From a virus (taxonomy: Duplodnaviria; Caudoviricetes), in IMG/VR virus record IMGVR_UViG_3300030372_001726, positions 1 to 34,280 of that record: DNA of 34,280 nt; one strand, 5' to 3'. Each line of letters begins with the position of its first letter. Positions within the stretch are counted from its first letter, which is position 1. The notes below the pieces were generated by a model, which did not search any database, was not told the origin of the DNA, and saw only the letters and a list, made by a program, of their open reading frames with translations. The translations under genes and the position numbers were made by a program. Positions 1 through 7,061 of this stretch are shown in pieces.

Positions 1-1
1 T

Positions 2-235
2 GGAAAAGGAGCATATATTTCTTCTTGGTCAGTAGATGGTTTAGCAAAACCAACTGACGAACAAATAGCTTCTTATGAAGCTGACGCAGATAAAGAGGAG
101 TCTAACAATCAAGTTAGAGCAACTCGTAAAACAGCGTACGGAGACATCGGTGAGCAGCTCGATGAAATATATAAGGACATTGACGCTTGGAAAGCAAGAA
201 TCAAAAAAATAAAAGACGATAATCCAAAGGCATAA
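2..235 (+). CDS. Partial (5'-truncated) tail-fibre assembly/chaperone-like protein
   Basis: Open frame from base 2: GKGAYISSWSVDGLAKPTDEQIASYE...RKTAYGDIGEQLDEIYKDIDAWKARIKKIKDDNPKA, stop TAA 233-235. Resembles small proteins that follow fibre genes in marine phages. Confidence 0.7.
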   Translation, partial: GKGAYISSWSVDGLAKPTDEQIASYEADADKEESNNQVRATRKTAYGDIGEQLDEIYKDIDAWKARIKKIKDDNPKA

Positions 236-239
236 TTAA

Positions 240-776
240 ATGGCAAGTATAATACGAGTAGATGATTTACAAGATAGTGGAGGTAACTCTATTCTTTCTA
301 GTAATGGCTCTGGTACATTTAGTAATAATTTGGGTGTTGCCAATACACCTGCTTTTTTAGCAACAATGACTTCAAATCAAACTGTTGCAAATAATACTTA
401 CGCAACTGTTGCTTGTAATAATGAAGTCTTAGACTCAAATGGTTGTTATGACACAAGTACATATAAATTTACACCAAATGTTGCAGGATATTATTTTCTT
501 TCTGGCTCTGGCAGATTTGATGGTACAGGAGGAGACAATGAATACAGAATGCAAATATTTAAAAATGCCGATAGTGTTTCTCAAGTAATGACTGAATGGC
601 TTTCGCAAGAAGTTCAGTCTATTGTTTCTGGCGTACATTATGCAAACGGGAGTTCAGATTTTTTTCAATTTAAAGTTAGACAATCTTCTGGTGGTAATGC
701 AACTTTTAATGGTGGTACTTGGGAATCAACATCAGAAATTGCAAGATTTTTTGGTTTTAAATTAATAGGAGCATAG
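240..776 (+). CDS. Tail-fibre-associated protein with C1q/gp53-like beta-sandwich domain
   Basis: 178 aa; motifs TPAFLA, YDTSTYKFTPNVAGYY, terminal FFGFKL typical of C1q-like phage fibre-tip proteins. Confidence 0.65.
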   Translation: MASIIRVDDLQDSGGNSILSSNGSGTFSNNLGVANTPAFLATMTSNQTVANNTYATVACNNEVLDSNGCYDTSTYKFTPNVAGYYFLSGSGRFDGTGGDNEYRMQIFKNADSVSQVMTEWLSQEVQSIVSGVHYANGSSDFFQFKVRQSSGGNATFNGGTWESTSEIARFFGFKLIGA

Positions 777-777
777 A

Positions 778-1299
778 ATGGCATTAACAAAATTAAATTT
801 AGCAAGTGGTGTTACAGGAACTTTGCCTAGTGCAAACTTTAGTGGGGGTAAAACTTTACAAGCTGTAACTTCTGTTAATACTTATGGCTCACAAAGTTCT
901 ACTTCTACCAGTTATTTTGATATGCAAAGTGCTAGTGGTACAAGTTGGGAAACTTCAATTACTCCTTCTGCAACTTCAAGTAAAATATTAATTCTTTTTA
1001 GTTCGCAAATAATGGGTACTGGTAATGAACAAGAACAACGCAACATGACTAAATTAGTACAAAAAATAGGTAGTAATTCATATACTGATTTAACTTATCA
1101 AAAAGGTGGAATTTATAATAGTGGTGCTTCGGTAAGTATTCAACCAAATCAAAGTATGGGTTTAATATATTTATCTTCTCCAAATACTACTGATGCTTGT
1201 ACTTATAAACTTCAACTTTTAAGTTCAAGTAGTGGAGTAACTATTATACCTAATCATGGCTCTTACTCTACTTGTGTTTTAATGGAAATAGCAGGATAA
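778..1299 (+). CDS. Tail-fibre-associated beta-rich protein
   Basis: 173 aa, S/T-rich; GGKTLQAV, ITPSATSSKILI, SPNTT..TYKLQ, terminal LMEIAG typical of small fibre-like proteins of marine phages. Confidence 0.6.
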   Translation: MALTKLNLASGVTGTLPSANFSGGKTLQAVTSVNTYGSQSSTSTSYFDMQSASGTSWETSITPSATSSKILILFSSQIMGTGNEQEQRNMTKLVQKIGSNSYTDLTYQKGGIYNSGASVSIQPNQSMGLIYLSSPNTTDACTYKLQLLSSSSGVTIIPNHGSYSTCVLMEIAG

Positions 1300-1302
1300 T
1301 TT

Positions 1303-1506
1303 ATGGATAAATTTTTTGAAGCAGTAAAAATATTACGACCTAATACTCAAATGATTTGGGAAACCCCTATAGAAACGGAAGAAAATTTTAATAAGGTCGA
1401 ATGGGTAACTGGTGCTAATAGTGATAATGAAGCTATAACAACTACAACTAATCCTCATTCAGAGATTACATGGACTAAAGTAAAAGCTGAAATGGATAAA
1501 CTATGA
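1303..1506 (+). CDS. Small tail-fibre partner protein (hypothetical)
   Basis: 67 aa ORF tightly packed after the fibre-like gene. Confidence 0.6.
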   Translation: MDKFFEAVKILRPNTQMIWETPIETEENFNKVEWVTGANSDNEAITTTTNPHSEITWTKVKAEMDKL

Positions 1507-1550
1507 TTAATCCTTGTGGCTGTAATGGAAGTTGTGTTTGTGGTAAATGA
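1503..1550 (+). CDS. Cys-rich 15-aa micropeptide MINPCGCNGSCVCGK
   Basis: ATG 1503 overlaps the upstream stop (ATGA) and TGA 1548-1550 overlaps the downstream ATG 1547 (ATGA); fills the gap exactly. Confidence 0.55.
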   Translation: MINPCGCNGSCVCGK

Positions 1551-1906
1551 AAATATCAGACAACACGGCAATTTCAATGCCAATGCGAAATCTAATCGCT
1601 TTAATTATGGCGATAGGAATTGGAATTCTAGGTTACAGCGATCTTACGACTAGGCTAACCCAACTTGAAACAGCAAGACAATTAATGGAAGCTGACCTTT
1701 TAAAAAAGGCAGAGCAAACTCCTGTTAATCAAGAATTATATATGCTGTCAGAATGGTTAGCAGGTCAAAATGAAGATATGGCTAAAGAAATAGAAACTAT
1801 TGAGTCATTAAACATAAATATTGATTTTATAAAAACTCAAGTTGAAAAATTACAAAACGATGTAGAGCAATTAAAAGATAAAGTGAGGAATAATGGGAGT
1901 CATTGA
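1547..1906 (+). CDS. Membrane-anchored coiled-coil protein (hypothetical)
   Basis: N-terminal hydrophobic segment LIALIMAIGIGILGY followed by heptad-rich region. Confidence 0.75.
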   Translation: MKISDNTAISMPMRNLIALIMAIGIGILGYSDLTTRLTQLETARQLMEADLLKKAEQTPVNQELYMLSEWLAGQNEDMAKEIETIESLNINIDFIKTQVEKLQNDVEQLKDKVRNNGSH

Positions 1907-2129
1907 AACAGTTTTTAGTCTTTGTATGTTTGTTAATGGCTCGTTAGACGGACACATGATAACTGATGGTTTATCTCATTGTTTAAAAGCTAAAAGAGAA
2001 GCTGAGAGAAATTTAGCAGAAGGAAGAACTAATGTTATTCGCTATGAGTGTGGTCAAGTCAAAGCAGAGTTAAGACCAGATGCAGAAGGTAACATGAAAA
2101 TATATAAAATTATAGAGGACAAATATTAA
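1893..2129 (+). CDS. Hypothetical protein with Cys residues
   Basis: 78 aa ORF, GAGG RBS, overlaps upstream gene. Confidence 0.7.
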   Translation: MGVIETVFSLCMFVNGSLDGHMITDGLSHCLKAKREAERNLAEGRTNVIRYECGQVKAELRPDAEGNMKIYKIIEDKY

Positions 2130-2165
2130 TGTTTGGATATTGCTTTTTTTTAACAATGGAGATTT

Positions 2166-2237
2166 ATGGAAATAATTATTACAATGTACCTCGTTAGTTT
2201 TATTGGTGGATCAATAATCTTAGCCATACAAAATTAA
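2166..2237 (+). CDS. 23-aa hydrophobic micropeptide MEIIITMYLVSFIGGSIILAIQN
   Basis: GGAG RBS at 2158-2161, single TM-like segment, TAA abuts next ATG at 2238. Confidence 0.5.
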   Translation: MEIIITMYLVSFIGGSIILAIQN

Positions 2238-2651
2238 ATGTTAAAATATCTAGCTTCAGTTCCGATTGTTCTTTCTGTGTTAGCAGGAGCTTATGGAACT
2301 TTAAATTATGCAAATAAATTAACTACACAAATTGATGACTCAACAAAAGAAATAATGATGTTGAGAAAAGATATTGAAAACATACATCAAATTTATACTG
2401 AAAAAACTAATGTTAATTCTGATAATTACTCAATGGCTAGAGAAGAATTATTAAAAGAAATGACAAGTTTAAATACATGGGTTGGCAGAATAGAAGCTAA
2501 AGGTCAAGCGATGGAGAAACTTATGTATGAAACATCAAGCCAAGCAGAATATCAAGCCTTAGAAGAAATAGTTAGAACAAACTCAAATGCTATACAACAA
2601 TTTAAGTATGACATGAAAGACTTGGAGAGACAATTAAGTGGTGGGTACTAA
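2238..2651 (+). CDS. Membrane-anchored coiled-coil protein (hypothetical)
   Basis: N-terminal TM/signal segment then coiled coil, 137 aa. Confidence 0.75.
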   Translation: MLKYLASVPIVLSVLAGAYGTLNYANKLTTQIDDSTKEIMMLRKDIENIHQIYTEKTNVNSDNYSMAREELLKEMTSLNTWVGRIEAKGQAMEKLMYETSSQAEYQALEEIVRTNSNAIQQFKYDMKDLERQLSGGY

Positions 2652-3043
2652 TGCGAACTTTATTTTTGGTACTAACTTTTATACTCATAGTTTCTGCTAT
2701 TACAAGTCAGAGCCAAGCAGTTAATGAATATCTAAATAGTTATACAAGTTGCGAAAGAGGAAGAATAGAACTTTATACTGAGCTTGATAGATACGACTAC
2801 GATCAAAGAACTTCATCTAGTTCAGATTATTTTGGCGATAGTGGTAAAGTAGGAATACGATTTACTTATCCATTACAATCTACCTGCACAAAAGAGTCTA
2901 TTAGTTTAACTTTAGAAAATGAAAGACTTAAACAGCAATTAGAGTTACTTAAACTTTGTGGCAGGTATCAAGGATTAGAATTACCAGATCATTTTTCAGA
3001 TGTAAGAGAAAAGTGTGAGGGAATTAAAAAGAAGAATGACTAA
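2651..3043 (+). CDS. Secreted/periplasmic hypothetical protein
   Basis: Signal-peptide-like N-terminus ending SQA; four Cys; TAATG coupling. Confidence 0.72.
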   Translation: MRTLFLVLTFILIVSAITSQSQAVNEYLNSYTSCERGRIELYTELDRYDYDQRTSSSSDYFGDSGKVGIRFTYPLQSTCTKESISLTLENERLKQQLELLKLCGRYQGLELPDHFSDVREKCEGIKKKND

Positions 3044-3266
3044 GATTTTTTTATTGTTGATGTTATTATCAATACCTAACCAACCTTCAGTTAAATATAA
3101 TGCTGTTATATATTTTACAGAACAAGAATGTTTGACAGCAAAAAAGGAATATATGAAAGCATACGATAATAAAGAACAAGAATATAAAAATAGAGTTATT
3201 ACAGATGCTTATTGTATTCCTTTTAATTCCTTTCCATTAACCACAATGAACAACACAGCTGCATAA
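3036..3266 (+). CDS. Small secreted hypothetical protein with two Cys
   Basis: Likely start ATG 3036 (MTKIFLLLMLLS...); F.TEQEC...AYCIP pattern. Confidence 0.68.
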   Translation: MTKIFLLLMLLSIPNQPSVKYNAVIYFTEQECLTAKKEYMKAYDNKEQEYKNRVITDAYCIPFNSFPLTTMNNTAA

Positions 3267-3460
3267 TGAGTGAGTGGGAAAATCAATATTTACAAATTTG
3301 TAAAACCTTAGATGAAATTAAATCTGAGGTAAAAGAAAACCGAAGTGAAGTAATGAAATTAAAACAAGAAATGGCAACAGGCAAAGGTGCAATACGCACA
3401 GCCATTTTTATAGGATCAGTTTTAGGAGCAATTTATACATTCTTTAAACTATTAGATTAG
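3266..3460 (+). CDS. Coiled-coil protein with C-terminal TM helix (holin/haemolysin XhlA-like architecture)
   Basis: 64 aa; coiled coil then GKGAIRTAIFIGSVLGAIYTFF. Confidence 0.6.
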   Translation: MSEWENQYLQICKTLDEIKSEVKENRSEVMKLKQEMATGKGAIRTAIFIGSVLGAIYTFFKLLD

Positions 3461-3535
3461 TGGTGCTGTTGGAGGTAATCGAAACCTCGATCTCTTACTT
3501 ACCAAGCAAGTGCTTTACCACTAAGCTACAACAGC
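3461..3535 (-). tRNA. tRNA-Thr (anticodon GGT), 75 nt, CCA encoded
   Basis: Reverse complement folds as a cloverleaf: GCTGTTG TA GCTT AGTGGTA AAGC A CTTGC TTGGTAA GTAAG AGATC GAGGT TTCGATT ACCTC CAACAGC A CCA. 7-bp acceptor stem, D, anticodon and T arms; Thr identity elements C2-G71, G35, U36. Confidence 0.93.
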
Positions 3536-3543
3536 AGGATAGT

Positions 3544-4251
3544 ATGAATACAAAATCTATACTTATATTGAGTGATACTCATTTTCCTTATCAAATACCA
3601 CAATATTTTGATTGGATTAAAAAAATCAAAGAAAAAGTAAAACCAACTATGGTTGTTCACATTGGAGATCTAGTTGATTTTCACGCAATAAGTCAGCATT
3701 TACATAGTGCAGAACTACCAAACATTAAATACGAAATAAAAGATGCAATAAAGTGCATCCAAAAGTTACATAAAATATTTCCAGGTCCTCTTAAAATATT
3801 AAATGGCAACCACGATATTAGAATTCAAAGACTTGCAGAAAAATCTTTAATACCAAACTCTTTTCTTAGAGATATAAATGACATTTTAGAAATAAATAAA
3901 AAGTGGAAATGGACTTGGCATGATAAAATAGTCATGAATCTTCCTAATAAAAATCCGGTCTTTTTTACACATAATTTTAAAACAAATGTATTGAGTAGCT
4001 CGAAAGAATTAGGTATGAGTCTAGTGACAGGTCACCAACATACTAAATCGTCTATTGAATATTGGTCATCACCCACAGCCTTAAATTTTTCTTTATGTAC
4101 TGGATGCAGTATAAATCCAAAACATGAGGCTTTTAAGTATGGCAAAAACTTTATTAAGCGACCTATTATAAGTGTTGCAAGTATAACTGATAGTTCCCCA
4201 ACTATTCACAGTATGCCAATAGTAGATGGAAAGTGGACAGGTAAATTATGA
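3544..4251 (+). CDS. Calcineurin-like metallophosphoesterase
   Basis: Motifs SDTH, GDLVD, GNHD, FTH, GHQH. Start moved to ATG 3544 (AGGA RBS) because the upstream extension overlaps the tRNA. Confidence 0.88.
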   Translation: MNTKSILILSDTHFPYQIPQYFDWIKKIKEKVKPTMVVHIGDLVDFHAISQHLHSAELPNIKYEIKDAIKCIQKLHKIFPGPLKILNGNHDIRIQRLAEKSLIPNSFLRDINDILEINKKWKWTWHDKIVMNLPNKNPVFFTHNFKTNVLSSSKELGMSLVTGHQHTKSSIEYWSSPTALNFSLCTGCSINPKHEAFKYGKNFIKRPIISVASITDSSPTIHSMPIVDGKWTGKL

Positions 4252-4481
4252 ACACTAACGATCCTTTAGTTCAAAAAGTTATAAACCGAATGGCAGCTAG
4301 GAGTGAGTCTGGAATAAAAAAGTTTGGTAATACAATGGATCAAGCTGATAAAACTTTAAATGAGTGGATATTAGACACGCAAGAAGAGTTGATGGATGCT
4401 TGTTTGTATTTAGAAAAATTAAAAGAAGAAATACGAAAGAAAGAGGATTTATGGAATTTGAAGAACTTAAAGAACGAATAA
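4248..4481 (+). CDS. Small all-alpha phage protein, possibly MazG-like/nucleotide diphosphohydrolase-related
   Basis: GIKKFG.TM...EW...QEELMDACLY pattern; function is inference. Confidence 0.55.
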   Translation: MNTNDPLVQKVINRMAARSESGIKKFGNTMDQADKTLNEWILDTQEELMDACLYLEKLKEEIRKKEDLWNLKNLKNE

Positions 4482-4885
4482 AAATTCACGAAGGATATCG
4501 AGATACAATATACCTGGATAGTTTAGGAAAAAAAACAATAGGATATGGTCATCTTATAACTGCAACAGATAAATTTGTTGAAGGAACAAAATATTCAAAA
4601 GAAGAATTAGAACAGACTTTTTTAGAAGATTTTAACAAAGCAGTTGATGGTGCAAAGCGAGTAACCGATTTTGATAAATTACATTCAAAAGCAAAGGAAA
4701 TAGCGATTGAATGTTGTTTTGTTTTGGGTGCTAAAGGATTTTCAGCCTTTAAATTGACCATAGGACACCTTAACGAAGGTCGGTGGACTGATGCATCATC
4801 TGAGCTAAAAAACAGCCTGTGGTATCGAAATCAAGCCACTAACAGAGTTTCGGCATTATGCGAGATATTGGAGAGTATAAAATGA
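4451..4885 (+). CDS. Endolysin, T4-lysozyme-like (GH24) muramidase
   Basis: LKERIKIHEGYR..IYLDSLG..TIGYGHL with E-D-T catalytic triad spacing; start ATG 4451 with GAGG RBS. Confidence 0.9.
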   Translation: MEFEELKERIKIHEGYRDTIYLDSLGKKTIGYGHLITATDKFVEGTKYSKEELEQTFLEDFNKAVDGAKRVTDFDKLHSKAKEIAIECCFVLGAKGFSAFKLTIGHLNEGRWTDASSELKNSLWYRNQATNRVSALCEILESIK

Positions 4886-4980
4886 AGATAATTATAACAA
4901 CACTATTTACTGCATTAGTCGTAATAGAATTCTGCAATCTATATATTTACTATCATCAAATTAAAGGTGTTTTATGTTAA
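4882..4980 (+). CDS. 32-aa TM micropeptide (possible lysis accessory)
   Basis: MKIIITTLFTALVVIEFCNLYIYYHQIKGVLC; ATGA overlap with the endolysin stop, overlaps the holin start. Confidence 0.55.
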   Translation: MKIIITTLFTALVVIEFCNLYIYYHQIKGVLC

Positions 4981-5354
4981 ATCTATTAATTAAACCTCTT
5001 TTAAATTTAGGAGGAGATGTTGTTAAAGGTGTAATAGAAAGTAAACGATTAAAGTCTGAACAAAAATTAACAAAAATAAAAGCTGAAACTGAATTATTAA
5101 ACAAGCAAATTTCTGGCGAAGTAGAGTGGGATATACAAGCAATTAAACAAGCTGAAGGATCTTGGAAAGATGAATATTTAACAATACTTTTTTCTATACC
5201 TTTATTGCTTTGTTTTATTCCTTTTACTGTTGAATATGTTGAAAGAGGTTTTACAGCATTACAACAAACTCCAGATTGGTACAAATATACTTTAGGTGTA
5301 ATTGTTAGTGCATCATTTGGAATAAAAGGTGCAAGTAAATTTTTTAAAAAATAG
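4974..5354 (+). CDS. Putative holin (3TM/GTA-type-like)
   Basis: SWKDEYLTILFSIPLLLCF and PDWYKYTLGVIVSASFGIKG hydrophobic segments; next to the endolysin. Confidence 0.7.
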   Translation: MLNLLIKPLLNLGGDVVKGVIESKRLKSEQKLTKIKAETELLNKQISGEVEWDIQAIKQAEGSWKDEYLTILFSIPLLLCFIPFTVEYVERGFTALQQTPDWYKYTLGVIVSASFGIKGASKFFKK

Positions 5355-5362
5355 GAGGAACT

Positions 5363-5482
5363 ATGAACTTAATTAGAGACTTATGGGATCATTTAAAAGA
5401 GTGGTCGGAGTGGTCAATGAAAGATTGGATTAAGGCAGCTATTGTTGCAATAATCGTAATCGTAGTAATCGGTGCAATCTAA
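5363..5482 (+). CDS. 39-aa membrane peptide
   Basis: MNLIRDLWDHLKEWSEWSMKDWIKAAIVAIIVIVVIGAI; strong GGAGG RBS. Confidence 0.72.
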   Translation: MNLIRDLWDHLKEWSEWSMKDWIKAAIVAIIVIVVIGAI

Positions 5483-5615
5483 AGAAGAACTAAATAGAAT
5501 TGTAGAAGTGTTATCTGGTGCATTTATCATTGGTAAATGTACCGACACACCATTTATTATTAAAAAAAAGGAAAAAAAAATGCAAAAAAAGAAACCAAGA
5601 AAACCTAGATACTAA
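5472..5615 (+). CDS. 47-aa basic hypothetical peptide
   Basis: GTG start overlapping the upstream gene, TAA abuts ATG 5616; Lys-rich C-terminus KKKEKKMQKKKPRKPRY. Confidence 0.4.
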   Translation: MQSKEELNRIVEVLSGAFIIGKCTDTPFIIKKKEKKMQKKKPRKPRY

Positions 5616-5945
5616 ATGAAAATAAAACTGCCTAAAGAAGTTACCATTGGTGCTTTTACTATTGAGTTAGTAACTATTCCTCATGAAGTTAGTTATGAAG
5701 TAGGCGAGGCTCAAGGAGTTTTTTTAGGCAAACCACCTTATAAAATCTTTTTAGATGAAGGTATTATTGAACGAGGTGGTAGGGATGCAGTTAATGTAGT
5801 TATCCATGAATTTCTTCATGTAGGATTTTATCAATATTTATTAAAAGACAAAGAAGAAGAGACAGTAGTCAATTCGTATGGCAATTTTATAACCGAACTA
5901 CTGTCTCGTTCTGAACTAAAGAAATGGATAATCGATAATATTTAA
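5616..5945 (+). CDS. Putative zinc metallopeptidase-like protein (HExxH)
   Basis: VVIHEFLH motif followed by EEETVV. Confidence 0.65.
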   Translation: MKIKLPKEVTIGAFTIELVTIPHEVSYEVGEAQGVFLGKPPYKIFLDEGIIERGGRDAVNVVIHEFLHVGFYQYLLKDKEEETVVNSYGNFITELLSRSELKKWIIDNI

Positions 5946-6334
5946 TCATTTTTAGAATAATAACTATTTACACACCATAGTCTTGGATCTCCTGTATCAT
6001 AAACACAATTATCTATAACGCAGGTTAAATGTCTAGTTGTGTGAACTAAAGCTAAATCATGACTCCATTCCATCAATCTTATTTTTTGATTTTCAAATCT
6101 TGGTGTTTTTCTTTTAATAAAACCATGTTTTTTTAAGTAAACACTGTAGCATTGAGGAAGGTTAGGCATAAAACCAATGTCCCTACCTAATTCAAATAAA
6201 TCGTTCCAGACAACTAAATATGGTTGCTTTGTTGCTATGGCAATAGACCTAACTACGCAGTCGCTTACACTTTTTTTATTTCTAAAATCTGTGTAGTAGC
6301 GACCACCATCATTATATTTATATTCCATTAACAC
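5942..6334 (-). CDS. Conserved phage hypothetical protein
   Basis: NDGGR, DCVVRSIAIA, HLTCVID...YDT motifs (Cys/His/Asp, papain-like triad possible). Confidence 0.7.
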   Translation of the reverse strand: MLMEYKYNDGGRYYTDFRNKKSVSDCVVRSIAIATKQPYLVVWNDLFELGRDIGFMPNLPQCYSVYLKKHGFIKRKTPRFENQKIRLMEWSHDLALVHTTRHLTCVIDNCVYDTGDPRLWCVNSYYSKND

Positions 6335-6627
6335 TCAAAAGTTTTAATATTTAATTTATCATTATTATCTAAAGTAATTTCATATCTATAAGATAAATCT
6401 CCATGATTTTTCCAATGATTAGTTAATCTAACATCGCCTTCAGAATCTTTATTTGCTTTAATAAAAGCACACGCAAACTCATCAGCCTCAAATCGTGGCA
6501 ATCTCCAAGCATACTCTTTTGCTCTTTCCATATATTCGTTAACATTATCTGGGTGACCATCATAATGTTTGTAAACATGAAATTCGCTATCATTATCTTT
6601 AAAAGTATAAACTGCTCTAGTACCCAT
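6328..6627 (-). CDS. Conserved phage hypothetical protein
   Basis: MGTRA...YKHYDGHP motif, 99 aa, GGAG RBS. Confidence 0.75.
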   Translation of the reverse strand: MGTRAVYTFKDNDSEFHVYKHYDGHPDNVNEYMERAKEYAWRLPRFEADEFACAFIKANKDSEGDVRLTNHWKNHGDLSYRYEITLDNNDKLNIKTFEC

Positions 6628-6814
6628 TTTTTTCCTCCATATAACTAGACATTACAACATTAAATTCATTGTCATAAACTGCTGTACTACCATCTAAAAA
6701 AGTTAATTTAATATAATGTTTTAAAACACCCTTCTCAACAAGAGTTACCTTTTGGGACTTAGTAAATATAATTTTATATTTATTTTTGCCCTCTTTCATT
6801 GTTTCAGTAAACAT
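6617..6814 (-). CDS. Hypothetical protein
   Basis: 65 aa, GAGG RBS, coupled to neighbours. Confidence 0.65.
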   Translation of the reverse strand: MFTETMKEGKNKYKIIFTKSQKVTLVEKGVLKHYIKLTFLDGSTAVYDNEFNVVMSSYMEEKNGY

Positions 6815-7038
6815 TATATACCTCTTGATTGTTGAACTTTTTTATTAAGTTCTTTAATTTCTTGGTCACACAAATTTTGTAAAAAATCTCTATGTGCATT
6901 CCAATTAGCACCCACAGTATCTACATATCTGTAAACAATTCTGTGAAATAAAGTTGTTCCCCATCTGTAATCCTTAGAGAACATAAAACCTGTTATTTTC
7001 ATAAAAGGGTAAAGTAATTTTGCATTTAATTTTCTCAT
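6814..7038 (-). CDS. Hypothetical protein
   Basis: 74 aa, AAGGA RBS; first gene downstream of the att region. Confidence 0.65.
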   Translation of the reverse strand: MRKLNAKLLYPFMKITGFMFSKDYRWGTTLFHRIVYRYVDTVGANWNAHRDFLQNLCDQEIKELNKKVQQSRGI

Positions 7039-7061
7039 AAAGTTTCCTTTTCTATAAGGAT

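Noticed and set aside
1-1506. Diversity-generating retroelement or invertible fibre cassette
   Set aside because: No reverse transcriptase, invertase or template/variable repeat pair seen in the window.
3460-3543. N-terminal extension of the phosphoesterase ORF from GTG 3460
   Set aside because: It is the antisense of the tRNA; ATG 3544 has an RBS and sits just before the first catalytic motif.
4364-4450. N-terminal extension of the endolysin
   Set aside because: Overlaps the upstream gene; ATG 4451 has a GAGG RBS and begins the lysozyme fold.
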